Origin: a candidate division TA06 bacterium SM23_40
Lineage (GTDB): Bacteria > LJUI01 > SM1-40
Length of the DNA stretch: 38,122 nt
Assembly (NCBI GenBank): GCA_001303705.1
Contig: LJUI01000022.1
Coordinates: 1 to 38,122, forward strand
Direction of reading: 5' to 3'
Part shown: positions 19,266 through 27,508 of the stretch, piece by piece
Layout of the letters: each line of letters opens with the position of its first letter
Position numbering within the stretch: the stretch's first letter is position 1
Notes under the pieces: model-generated
Told to the model about the DNA's origin: nothing
Databases searched by the model: none
What the model saw: only the letters and a program-made list of their open reading frames with translations
Made by a program: the position numbers and the translations under genes

Positions 19266-20564
19266 ATGGGAGCGAAAAGAAACATCCTCTTCCTGCTCAT
19301 CGACTGTCTCCGAGCGGACATGTGCTTTGGAGAGGAGAGGTTCGTTAAGACGCCCACCATCGATCGCCTTAAGGAAGGGGGTACGGCGTTCACCCAGGCA
19401 ATATCGGTGTCGGCCGCCACGCAGGCAACTGTGTCGACCATGCTGACCGGTGTGTACCCGTTTGTGCATGGCATCATGATGAAGCGTCATGGCAAGAGAA
19501 GGTTCGGCACCCTTAATCCCAGGTGTGCAACACTGCCGGAGATCATCGGCAAGAATGGGTACCACACCTATGCCATGGTTACGGGGCCGCTTTTGAGACA
19601 GCTGGGCTTGGATAGAGGGTTCGAGCAATATCTACACAGAGCTGTGGAATGCGATGTCTACTCTGATTGGGGGAGGGAACTCCTGGATGCACTAAGAGGC
19701 AGGACCCTGGAAGAACCGTGGTTCCTTTTTCTCCATCTCTGGGAACTCCACATGCCTCGAGTAGTCTTGAAACCGTTCAACTCCAGACTCTATGGTCGTA
19801 ACCGATATGAAAGGGCCGTCTCTTGCCTGGACCACCATTTGCAGCGCATTTTGGATTCGGTAGATCTTGATCGAACTATCGTTCTCCTCCACGGGGATCA
19901 TGGGGAGAACTATGACTACCCGCCTCTTGTGCTCAGACCTTTGTTTACGAGGCCAGGCAGGGTGGTGAATGCTAGATTGGGTATTCTGAGGAAATTGAGA
20001 AAGCTGAGAAAACAGTCCTGGAACCCGCATCAGCCAAAGGCGCACATCCGGTGGATCTCTCACGGGGACGGTCTGTACGAGTTCCTCGTGCGGGTTCCTT
20101 TGATTGCCGTGGGATCTGGTCTCTTTCCTGAGGCCAAGATCGTCGATAGCCAGGTCTCTCAGGTTGATATCCTGCCTACGATACTCGATGCGATCGGTCT
20201 GGCCGATCGCCTGAATCAACGGATTCACGGAAGGAGCCTCTTGCCTCTCGTCAAAGACCAGTCCTTGCCGGAGAGACCCGTCATCCTAGAGACGAGAAAG
20301 CGTATGGGGATCAGGACACCTCGATGGAAGCTCATCGTCAGCGCATCCAATCCCGATCTTCCGGAGCTGTACGATCTCCAGAATGATCCCATGGAGGATA
20401 ACAATCTGCGGGAGGGAGAGGAAGGTATCGTCAGGATGCTGGAGGAGGAGCTGCGGGATATCGAGACTCTGAAATACCCTGAGTTGCTTGCTGAGCCGAG
20501 CGTGATGAGCGAAGAAGATAGCAGGCTCGTCGAGAAGAAGCTCCGAGATCTCGGCTACCTATAG
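19266..20564 (+). CDS. Sulfatase-like hydrolase/transferase (alkaline phosphatase superfamily)
   Basis: NILFLLIDCLRAD, TPTID, MLTG, LHLWELHMP, GDHGE, RVPLI, DILPTIL, GRSL, ELYDLQNDPME, terminal LRDLGYL. ATG at 19266. Confidence 0.88.
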   Translation: MGAKRNILFLLIDCLRADMCFGEERFVKTPTIDRLKEGGTAFTQAISVSAATQATVSTMLTGVYPFVHGIMMKRHGKRRFGTLNPRCATLPEIIGKNGYHTYAMVTGPLLRQLGLDRGFEQYLHRAVECDVYSDWGRELLDALRGRTLEEPWFLFLHLWELHMPRVVLKPFNSRLYGRNRYERAVSCLDHHLQRILDSVDLDRTIVLLHGDHGENYDYPPLVLRPLFTRPGRVVNARLGILRKLRKLRKQSWNPHQPKAHIRWISHGDGLYEFLVRVPLIAVGSGLFPEAKIVDSQVSQVDILPTILDAIGLADRLNQRIHGRSLLPLVKDQSLPERPVILETRKRMGIRTPRWKLIVSASNPDLPELYDLQNDPMEDNNLREGEEGIVRMLEEELRDIETLKYPELLAEPSVMSEEDSRLVEKKLRDLGYL

Positions 20565-20566
20565 TG

Positions 20567-20605
20567 AAAAAGAGACCCGGGCTCGTAGTGCCTGACGAGC
20601 CCGGG
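20567..20605 (-). terminator. Intrinsic terminator between convergent genes (U-tract on the minus strand)
   Basis: 11-bp perfect stem CCCGGGCTCGT/ACGAGCCCGGG (20576-20605), followed on the minus strand by TCTCTTTTT. Confidence 0.75.
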
Positions 20606-20631
20606 CAAAGGACGTGCGAAGGCGACAGCGC

Positions 20632-21576
20632 CTATACTACTTCTGCTTTCTCCGCATACACCCTTCGGAACGCCTCCACCACTTGAGGATCGAACTGCGT
20701 GCCGGCACAGCGCTCCAGTTCCTCCAGAGCCTCCCAGTGGGGCTTGCCCTTGCGGTAGGGCCTGTCGGTCACCATCGCATCGAAAGCATCTGCGACGGCC
20801 AGTATCCGCGCTCCCACCGGAATCTCTCTGGTCCGCTGCTTTTGAGGGGTCCCCACTTCCACGAAATATGAGTGATGCGCTTCCACTATGGGCATCGCTT
20901 CCTTCAGGACCGGCCCCACCATGTACAGCAGTTCCATCCCCTTTCGAGGGTGACTGTCCACCTTCTCTTTCTCCTCGTTTGTCAGGGCGGCAGCTTTCTT
21001 GATCAGGTCGGAGCTGATCTCGATCTTTCCGATATCATGGAGCAGGGCGGCCACCTTTATGTTCTCCACCTCGTGGCGCGGTAGCTCCATGGCGATAGCG
21101 ATGCTGACTGCATAGTCTGCCACCCGCAGGGAGTGGCTCCTCGTATACTTGTCATACGATTCGAGGTATTTTGCGAGGATCTCGAGCACCCCGACATAGG
21201 CATTCTTCAGCTCCGAGACTCTCTTCTCCTTCTGTTCGTACAGTGTCCCGACCACATAGGCGGCCAGGATGAGGAACCCGGCCCAGAGTGCCATGTCGGT
21301 GGCCGTGAGAAGGCCGCCCGACAGGGTTGATGCAGCCTTGAATCCGCTGAAGTTGTTGAGAGCGGTGAACGCGACGAGGAGTACGCAGAATACGGCGGTG
21401 AGGATCGACATCCTCTTGCCCAGCACGTACCCCGCGATGAGAACCGGAAGATAGTAGATGTTCAGAAATGCTAGCTTCTGCAGGATGAAGAAGTTGACGG
21501 AGACGACGACAATAGCCAGACTGAGGACGAGGATCTCCTCGAAGTGCAAGAAGATAAACTGCTTAGCGCGTTCCAT
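20632..21576 (-). CDS. Membrane-anchored HD-GYP-like metal-dependent phosphohydrolase
   Basis: N-terminal TM helices. YTRSHSLRVA, LLHDIGK, HPRKG, HH, ARILAVADAFDAM, DRPYRK, AGTQFDP. The GYP loop is degenerate. Confidence 0.88.
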   Translation of the reverse strand: MERAKQFIFLHFEEILVLSLAIVVVSVNFFILQKLAFLNIYYLPVLIAGYVLGKRMSILTAVFCVLLVAFTALNNFSGFKAASTLSGGLLTATDMALWAGFLILAAYVVGTLYEQKEKRVSELKNAYVGVLEILAKYLESYDKYTRSHSLRVADYAVSIAIAMELPRHEVENIKVAALLHDIGKIEISSDLIKKAAALTNEEKEKVDSHPRKGMELLYMVGPVLKEAMPIVEAHHSYFVEVGTPQKQRTREIPVGARILAVADAFDAMVTDRPYRKGKPHWEALEELERCAGTQFDPQVVEAFRRVYAEKAEVV

Positions 21577-21776
21577 GCACCACCTCCGCGTAGATCTGCT
21601 CTCGGGAGTTGGCCTGTCTCTGGGCAGCCACGTGAAATTCCTTTACAGCAGCTGTGCCTGCCAGGCGGACGGCCGGTCACACTGACCTGCTCAGGCCGCG
21701 CCTGTGGCCGACAACCGCTGTTTCCTGTAATCTGGCGGCCTCCAGCATCAGATCTGCCGCCCGAACTACATACATA

Positions 21777-21804
21777 AATCTAGTGCAAAACCCCGTTCTG
21801 TCAA
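21777..21804 (-). promoter_or_regulatory. sigma70-type promoter for the HD-GYP gene
   Basis: Minus strand TTGACA-N16-TAGATT. Confidence 0.55.
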
Positions 21805-21913
21805 TATTCGGGGCCAGATTTTTCGTTGCCGCGGAGGTCTGTTGCTCCCGTTCGCTGCCTCCCAGGCCTCATTCCGGCTCTCGGCCTAAAGTCCGGAACA
21901 CGTCATTTTTTAC

Positions 21914-21943
21914 TTGATCTCGAATGGACAATTGTGATATACT
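21914..21943 (+). promoter_or_regulatory. Possible sigma70 (extended -10) promoter
   Basis: TTGATC-N18-TATACT with TG at the extended -10 position. Confidence 0.45.
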
Positions 21944-22065
21944 GGTTACGGTGGCACGGCGGCATCCGTGCCCCGGCAGTATGATGGACTTGACAACTAA
22001 GCACCGCCTTCACTTGTTGTACATCGCTGGTATGGACGCAGGCGAGGCGTGGGGAGGGGAGATAG

Positions 22066-23988
22066 ATGGGACGCTTACGACCCCTCGCGTTGGTTTTGCT
22101 CTTTGCCTCGTTCTGCCCTGGACTAGCGGGAGCGCAGTATTTCGGGCAGAATAAAGTCCAATACGACCGGTTTGATTGGTCGACGATCGAAACCGAACAC
22201 TTCGACGTCTATTTCTACGAAGGCGAGCGTGATGCGGCGCTCGATGCCGCCAGAATGGCGGAACGATCCTACCGTGAACTAGCGGATCTGTTTTCTCACG
22301 AACCTCGGGAGCGGATTCCGCTTATCCTGTACGCATCCCACACTGATTTCCAGCAGACCAACATAACCTCATCTCTCATCGGCGACGGAACCGGCGGCCT
22401 GACCGAGTTGCTCAGGCGACGTGTAGTCGTCCCGTTCACCGGATCCTACGCCGAACTCGATCACGTGCTCAAGCACGAGCTTGTCCACGTCTTCCAGATC
22501 GACATCCTGTACGGCGCGTCAGGCGAGGCGATGCGGAATCTGTTCCTGTTCCAGCCGCCTCTCTGGTTCATTGAGGGGATGGCCGAGTATCTCTCGCTGG
22601 GCGGGCTCGACGCGCAGACCGAGATGTGGCTGAGCGATGCGGCGATGGAGGGCAGGTTGACGACCCTCGATCAGCTGGGCCAGGTGGCCGATATCCGCGT
22701 GTACCGATTCGGCCAGGGGGTCTGGGAGTTCATCGCCAGGAAATATGGTGTTGAGAGGATCGGGGAGACGATGCATCAGCTGGCCATGACGCGGGATCTC
22801 GACCTCGCATTCCGTCAGACCCTCGGCATCGGACTCCAGAGACTGAGCGAGAAGTGGATCTCCGACATACGGCGACGATACTTGCCGCAGGTTGCCGGGC
22901 TCGAAGATCCCGGTGATGCCGGGAATCGACTCACATCTCATCTCGCAGATTACTCGCAGTACAACGTAGCCGGCGCAATATCGCCTGAGGGCGACGAGTA
23001 CGTTTACATCTCGGACCGCAGCATGTACTCCGACATCTACCTCGCCTCGACGGTCGATAGTCGGTACGAGGTGAAGTTGGTGAGCGGCGAGCGATCACCC
23101 GACTTCGAGTCCCTGCGATTCTTCCATACGTCGATCGCGTGGTCGCCCGACGCCAGCGTGATAGCGTTTCCCGCCAAGATCGGGGCAGAGGACGCGATCT
23201 ACGTCATGGACGTCCGGACGCGTCGGATCGAACGGCGCCTCACGTTCGGGCTCGACGGCCTTCTCTCGCCGACCTGGTCTCCTGAGGGGGACCGACTTGC
23301 ATTCGCCGGGCTCGACCACGGCCGCTCGGATCTATACGTCGTCGATAGAGACGGGTCGAATCTCAGAAAGCTCACCGATGACAGATACACGGTGAGGGAT
23401 CCTGCATGGTCGCCGAACGGAACCACGATCGTATTCGTTACAGACCGGGGACCTGATACGGATGTCGATGCTCTCACGTTCGGCCAGTCGCGGCTCGCAT
23501 TGTACGATCTGCCGACGGGAACGATCGAACTGATCGGTGGACAGGAAGGAATGAATTACTCTCCCCAGTGGTCACCCGACGGGACGAAGATCGGATTCGT
23601 CTCAGACAGGAACGGTATCTCGAACATATTCGTGTTCGATCTAATCGACCATAGACTGTACCAGGTGACCAATCTCTCGACAGGTGTCTGTGGGATCGCG
23701 CAGGGGAGTCCTGCGATGAGCTGGGCTCGGGAGCGTGATCGCATGCTCTTCTCCGCGTTCAAGCGGGGAGGGTGGGACATCTACGTAGTGGAGAGGCCGC
23801 TCGACCGGATGGTGGCCGTGGCGAACGAGTCGACTGAAGAGATCCATCCGAGCCCTTTACGGGTGAGTTGGCGGAGGGGCCGGGCCAGGCGAACACGTCG
23901 GATGAGAACAGCGGATCGCGGTATGGCCTCCCCGATACGACCTCGTTTGCCATTCGCGGGTACAAGGTCCGGTTCAGCCCCGACATGA
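22066..23988 (+). CDS. N-terminal part of a peptidase-MA / PD40 (TolB-like propeller) / Omp85-barrel protein; frameshifted
   Basis: Signal peptide then AQYFGQNKVQY, Zn motif HELVH with downstream WFIEGMAEY, several WSPDG/PD40 repeats. The last ~45 codons look out of frame (Arg-rich). Confidence 0.8.
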   Translation: MGRLRPLALVLLFASFCPGLAGAQYFGQNKVQYDRFDWSTIETEHFDVYFYEGERDAALDAARMAERSYRELADLFSHEPRERIPLILYASHTDFQQTNITSSLIGDGTGGLTELLRRRVVVPFTGSYAELDHVLKHELVHVFQIDILYGASGEAMRNLFLFQPPLWFIEGMAEYLSLGGLDAQTEMWLSDAAMEGRLTTLDQLGQVADIRVYRFGQGVWEFIARKYGVERIGETMHQLAMTRDLDLAFRQTLGIGLQRLSEKWISDIRRRYLPQVAGLEDPGDAGNRLTSHLADYSQYNVAGAISPEGDEYVYISDRSMYSDIYLASTVDSRYEVKLVSGERSPDFESLRFFHTSIAWSPDASVIAFPAKIGAEDAIYVMDVRTRRIERRLTFGLDGLLSPTWSPEGDRLAFAGLDHGRSDLYVVDRDGSNLRKLTDDRYTVRDPAWSPNGTTIVFVTDRGPDTDVDALTFGQSRLALYDLPTGTIELIGGQEGMNYSPQWSPDGTKIGFVSDRNGISNIFVFDLIDHRLYQVTNLSTGVCGIAQGSPAMSWARERDRMLFSAFKRGGWDIYVVERPLDRMVAVANESTEEIHPSPLRVSWRRGRARRTRRMRTADRGMASPIRPRLPFAGTRSGSAPT

Positions 23989-24995
23989 GCGCAACCGGCG
24001 CGATGTACTCGTCGAACGTCGGGATCGCCGGCAACACGAGTGTGGCGTTCAGCGACGTCCTCGGCAACCATACCCTGTTCGGAGCGGCAAGCATATACGG
24101 ATCCCTGTCTCAGTCGGACATCCTGATCGGCTATCTGAACCGCCAGCACCGCACCAATTGGAGTATCGCTCTGTACCAGTTTCGGAATGACTTCCTGCTC
24201 TTCGTTGCCGAAGAGGAGGCCGGATTCGAGAGCCAGATCTATCGCGGCGGCCAGGTCATGCTCAGCCGACCGTTCGACCGTTTTCGGCGGATCGAATTAG
24301 GTTTGGATGCGATGTCGATCAACAGGGCGGTCTTCCGTCAGAGTTACTATTCCGGGCAGAGTGAGACTTCCAGCAAGGGGACTCTCTACTTCGCCAGTCC
24401 GTTCGTTGCCTTCGTCGCCGATAATGTGCTGTTCGGGAGCACGGGCCCGATCGATGGTATGCGAGCTCGTCTCAGCGTTGAGCACGCGGTCGGCGATCTC
24501 TCCTATTCAAGCGCGACGATCGATGCCCGCAAGTACTTCAACATCCGTCACCGCTATGTAGCGGCCATCCGTGCAGTGAGCGGAGCGAGCAGAGGACGCG
24601 ATCCACAGCTGTACCGGATCGGCGGCGCCACGACGCTGCGGGGTCTGGGGTACGGCGAGCTCACGGGCACAAACGCTTTCATGTTGAATACCGAATTCAG
24701 ATTTCCGCTCATCGAGCGGCTGAAGATGGGATGGCCACTACCCCTCCACCTGCGAAATGTGCGCGGGTCTCTGTTCTTCGACATCGGAGGCGCCTGGCAT
24801 GCAGACCAGTTCCGGCCGTTCACTACCGACGGTCCGGGTGTTCTGAGGATCGAGGACGCGTTCGCCGCATATGGCTTCGGGGCGAGGCTCAACGTCGGGT
24901 TCCTTATCCTCAAGTATGACCTGGCGCAGCCCACCGACCTCGTGTCGCACACGGAGAAGATGCGGCACTACTTCAGCATCGGTTCGGAATTCTAG
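23868..24995 (+). CDS. C-terminal BamA/TamA (Omp85)-like beta-barrel part of the same gene (-1 frame)
   Basis: YKVRFSPD, FSDVLGNH, GPIDGMR, Omp85 L6-type TLRGLGYG, NTEFRFP, FFDIGGAW, terminal YFSIGSEF. No signal peptide; weak TTG start. Confidence 0.8.
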   Translation: MAEGPGQANTSDENSGSRYGLPDTTSFAIRGYKVRFSPDMSATGAMYSSNVGIAGNTSVAFSDVLGNHTLFGAASIYGSLSQSDILIGYLNRQHRTNWSIALYQFRNDFLLFVAEEEAGFESQIYRGGQVMLSRPFDRFRRIELGLDAMSINRAVFRQSYYSGQSETSSKGTLYFASPFVAFVADNVLFGSTGPIDGMRARLSVEHAVGDLSYSSATIDARKYFNIRHRYVAAIRAVSGASRGRDPQLYRIGGATTLRGLGYGELTGTNAFMLNTEFRFPLIERLKMGWPLPLHLRNVRGSLFFDIGGAWHADQFRPFTTDGPGVLRIEDAFAAYGFGARLNVGFLILKYDLAQPTDLVSHTEKMRHYFSIGSEF

Positions 24996-25025
24996 ACTGA
25001 TCGCTGCGGGTGAAGCCAAGCACCC

Positions 25026-25199
25026 GCCCGGGATTGGAAGGCGGTCTGCCCGGGATTCGCTGGCGAGGTGTCGCCGGTTCGCTGTCCAGTTGTCTGCGGT
25101 TCAGGGGTGAGCTGTCCGCGATCCGCTGCCGGTCGCCAGGAGTTCGCCGGCCGGGGAATCCGAATTCCAGGGAAGCTGCCCCGGGATTGGCCGCCAGCG
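25026..25199 (+). repeat. Degenerate ~22-bp tandem repeat, about 8 units
   Basis: Units start at 25026, 25048, 25070, 25092, 25114, 25135, 25157, 25178 (e.g. GCCCGGGATTCGCTGGCGAGGT, GTCGCCGGTTCGCTGTCCAGTT, GTCTGCGGTTCAGGGGTGAGCT). Confidence 0.65.
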
Positions 25200-25296
25200 G
25201 CCGGCAGGTGTGACTGTCGCGGTCTCTACGCGACCACTCCCGTCATGCTTCTAACCGCTTATATTACATAGAACAAGCTCGATACCGTCACCATAG

Positions 25297-25315
25297 TGCG
25301 ACCGTAATGGTCGCA
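25297..25315. promoter_or_regulatory. Perfect palindrome, candidate enhancer for the downstream sigma54 promoter
   Basis: TGCGACC-GTAAT-GGTCGCA, about 110 bp upstream of the -24 box. Confidence 0.45.
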
Positions 25316-25423
25316 TTTCTCTTGTTTGTCCTCCTGATTTCCCACGGAGACCGACCTACGTATCTCTTTGTGGGACAGAATGTTATGGACGAACGCCTGG
25401 GCTCCCGGCAGCCTGAGCTCACC

Positions 25424-25439
25424 TGGCACGGCGATTGCT
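25424..25439 (+). promoter_or_regulatory. sigma54 (-24/-12) promoter
   Basis: TGGCAC-GGCGA-TTGCT, an exact match to TGGCAC-N5-TTGCW. Confidence 0.88.
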
Positions 25440-25565
25440 TATAGTGGTAGGTTGAGCGGACACGAGTGAGCAACATAAGGCGCTCGACAGGAATCGGCAC
25501 AGGAAGGAAAGGTCTGCTCCCGGTTTTGGAGCGCCAGCCAACCTCTCAAGAAGGGGGAAACAGCC

Positions 25566-27218
25566 ATGACTGCACAGAAGAACCTCACCACCTCGGGACA
25601 GATCCTGGGGGCAGGATTGCTCGTCGCGCTGCTGGCGCTCTGTTCGCCCGTCGGAGCCCAGCCACTACTGCGCGTCTGCCCGACCCAGTTCGACGTGACG
25701 GTCTCCGAGGAAGACACAGTCGCCGAGATGATGCTCGTCGCCAATGATGGGTACGACGTGCTCACGTTCGACATCACTCCCGATGTCACGTGGGCATGGG
25801 ATGAGCCGTCCTCGGGCACCCTCTATCCCGGCGACAGCACTTTCGTCACGGTCTACTTCAGCTCCGTGGGTCTCACCCCGGGCGAGCACTGGGGGTTCAA
25901 CTTCATCGATCACAACGACCCCTTCCATCCTCACCCGTGGCCGATCCCGAAGCACTTCGTCTTCGTCGTCCGGACCATCACCATGATTACCGGTGTGCCG
26001 GACGAGAATCAGCCTCCCGCGGGTCTCTTCCCGCAGGGGGGCGTCTTCACGAACTTCTGCGCGCCCACTGCTGCAGCCAACATCGTCAGCTTCTGGGACG
26101 AGTACCGCGTCAATCCAGGGGCGATCAAGGTGCTCAACTGCTGGCAGCCGTGCTACGCGATCGGCCGGATCAACGACTGCGCGAAGCGCAAGGAGGCGGC
26201 CGACTACATCGGGTGGTTCATGGATACGAACAACCAGGGCGACCCGGTTCGCATGAACGGCACAGTCTTTCCGGCGGCCATGGGTACATTCAATGGCGAC
26301 GTCGGGCCCGGTCTGACGAACTTCGTCTCCTGGGAGGGGACCTACCCGAACCTCCCGGACACCGCCGGAGTGTGCAAACAGGGGTACAACTGGACCGTCA
26401 CTCCGTTCTACGGTCCGGATCCCGAGCAGGCCTGGGAGTTCTACAAGGCCGAGATCGATTCAGGGCGGCCTCTCCTCACCAGCTTTCTGTACTGGAATCC
26501 GGTTCCTGAGGGGAAGCGGCAGAAGGCGACCGACGCCGCATCGCTCTGGGAAGACGAGTGGGTCGACTACTACACCTGGGGCAATGCGGTCAATGCGTCG
26601 GGCGCTCCTGACCCAGTAGAGCAGTGGAACTGGTACGAAGAAGAGCAGGGGATCGGGCACATGGTGACGGGTGTCGGATATGCAACCGACAATCTCGGAA
26701 ACAGGTGGGCGATCGTACACGACAACTGGCCCACTACACCGCGCAACATCGCCATCCCCTGGGCCAACTGGGCGGCCAACTTCCGCGTGTTGCCCGATGT
26801 GACCCCGAACGTCCACTGCGTCGTCTCGCCGATGCAGCGGTCGGTGCCGAAGGGTGCTACGCTCGATTTCTCGGTCGGGTACCACAACAACACGCAGGCG
26901 GCGCAGAACTTCCGGATCAAGATCATGGCGTACTTGCCCGGGAGCACGAATCCGGCCAAGACGTATGCGACCGGCGGCGGTAATCCCGATCCGACCCTGC
27001 AGGCCGGTACCTCGATGACACGCTACTATGCGCTCGATGTGCCGAACATCCCGCAGGTCCAGCCGGTGAGCGGGTACGTGATCAAGGTGGCAGTCTATCA
27101 GCCTCCACAGGCTCTGAACCCGATCGCCAGTGACTGCTTCTGTTTCTCGGTCACGCAGCCGATGAGCAGCATGCCGCTGAACGGACCCGAGTGGGCAATC
27201 CGGCCGCTCGGCATGTAG
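25566..27218 (+). CDS. Secreted modular protein: Ig/BACON-like domain, papain-fold (C39-like) cysteine peptidase domain and C-terminal beta-sandwich
   Basis: Signal peptide ending VGA-Q. FCAPTAAANIV (catalytic Cys helix), IDSGRPLL, GHMVTGVGY (His), AIVHDNW (Asp/Asn). Confidence 0.65.
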   Translation: MTAQKNLTTSGQILGAGLLVALLALCSPVGAQPLLRVCPTQFDVTVSEEDTVAEMMLVANDGYDVLTFDITPDVTWAWDEPSSGTLYPGDSTFVTVYFSSVGLTPGEHWGFNFIDHNDPFHPHPWPIPKHFVFVVRTITMITGVPDENQPPAGLFPQGGVFTNFCAPTAAANIVSFWDEYRVNPGAIKVLNCWQPCYAIGRINDCAKRKEAADYIGWFMDTNNQGDPVRMNGTVFPAAMGTFNGDVGPGLTNFVSWEGTYPNLPDTAGVCKQGYNWTVTPFYGPDPEQAWEFYKAEIDSGRPLLTSFLYWNPVPEGKRQKATDAASLWEDEWVDYYTWGNAVNASGAPDPVEQWNWYEEEQGIGHMVTGVGYATDNLGNRWAIVHDNWPTTPRNIAIPWANWAANFRVLPDVTPNVHCVVSPMQRSVPKGATLDFSVGYHNNTQAAQNFRIKIMAYLPGSTNPAKTYATGGGNPDPTLQAGTSMTRYYALDVPNIPQVQPVSGYVIKVAVYQPPQALNPIASDCFCFSVTQPMSSMPLNGPEWAIRPLGM

Positions 27219-27406
27219 CGGAGTACTCTCTCTCTGCGTCAGAGGGATCGCCTTCAACTCAGCTGCCCCTGGCCTCCACAGCTTCCCAGCCGTGGGGCGC
27301 CAGGGGCGCGTCTTTCTGTACGCCGCGGTGCCAGGCCCATGACAGCGAAGCTTCCGGAGGGGGATACGATGAACTTGAGAGATCCCACAGTTGGCCGCAA
27401 AACCGC

Positions 27407-27435
27407 TTGACGCCCCACTCCAGATCTGGTATAGT
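27407..27435 (+). promoter_or_regulatory. sigma70 promoter of smc-ftsY
   Basis: TTGACG-N17-TATAGT. Confidence 0.75.
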
Positions 27436-27508
27436 GGCGCCCAAGTATTCCCCAAGATGTGGTGGCCATCTCGGAGAGCTTCTCCACGATCGCTGAGGGG
27501 GAGATTAT

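Noticed and set aside
21645-21665. sigma54 promoter upstream of the HD-GYP gene (minus strand TGGCAGGCACAGCTGC)
   Set aside because: The GG-to-GC spacing is 11 rather than the obligatory 10.
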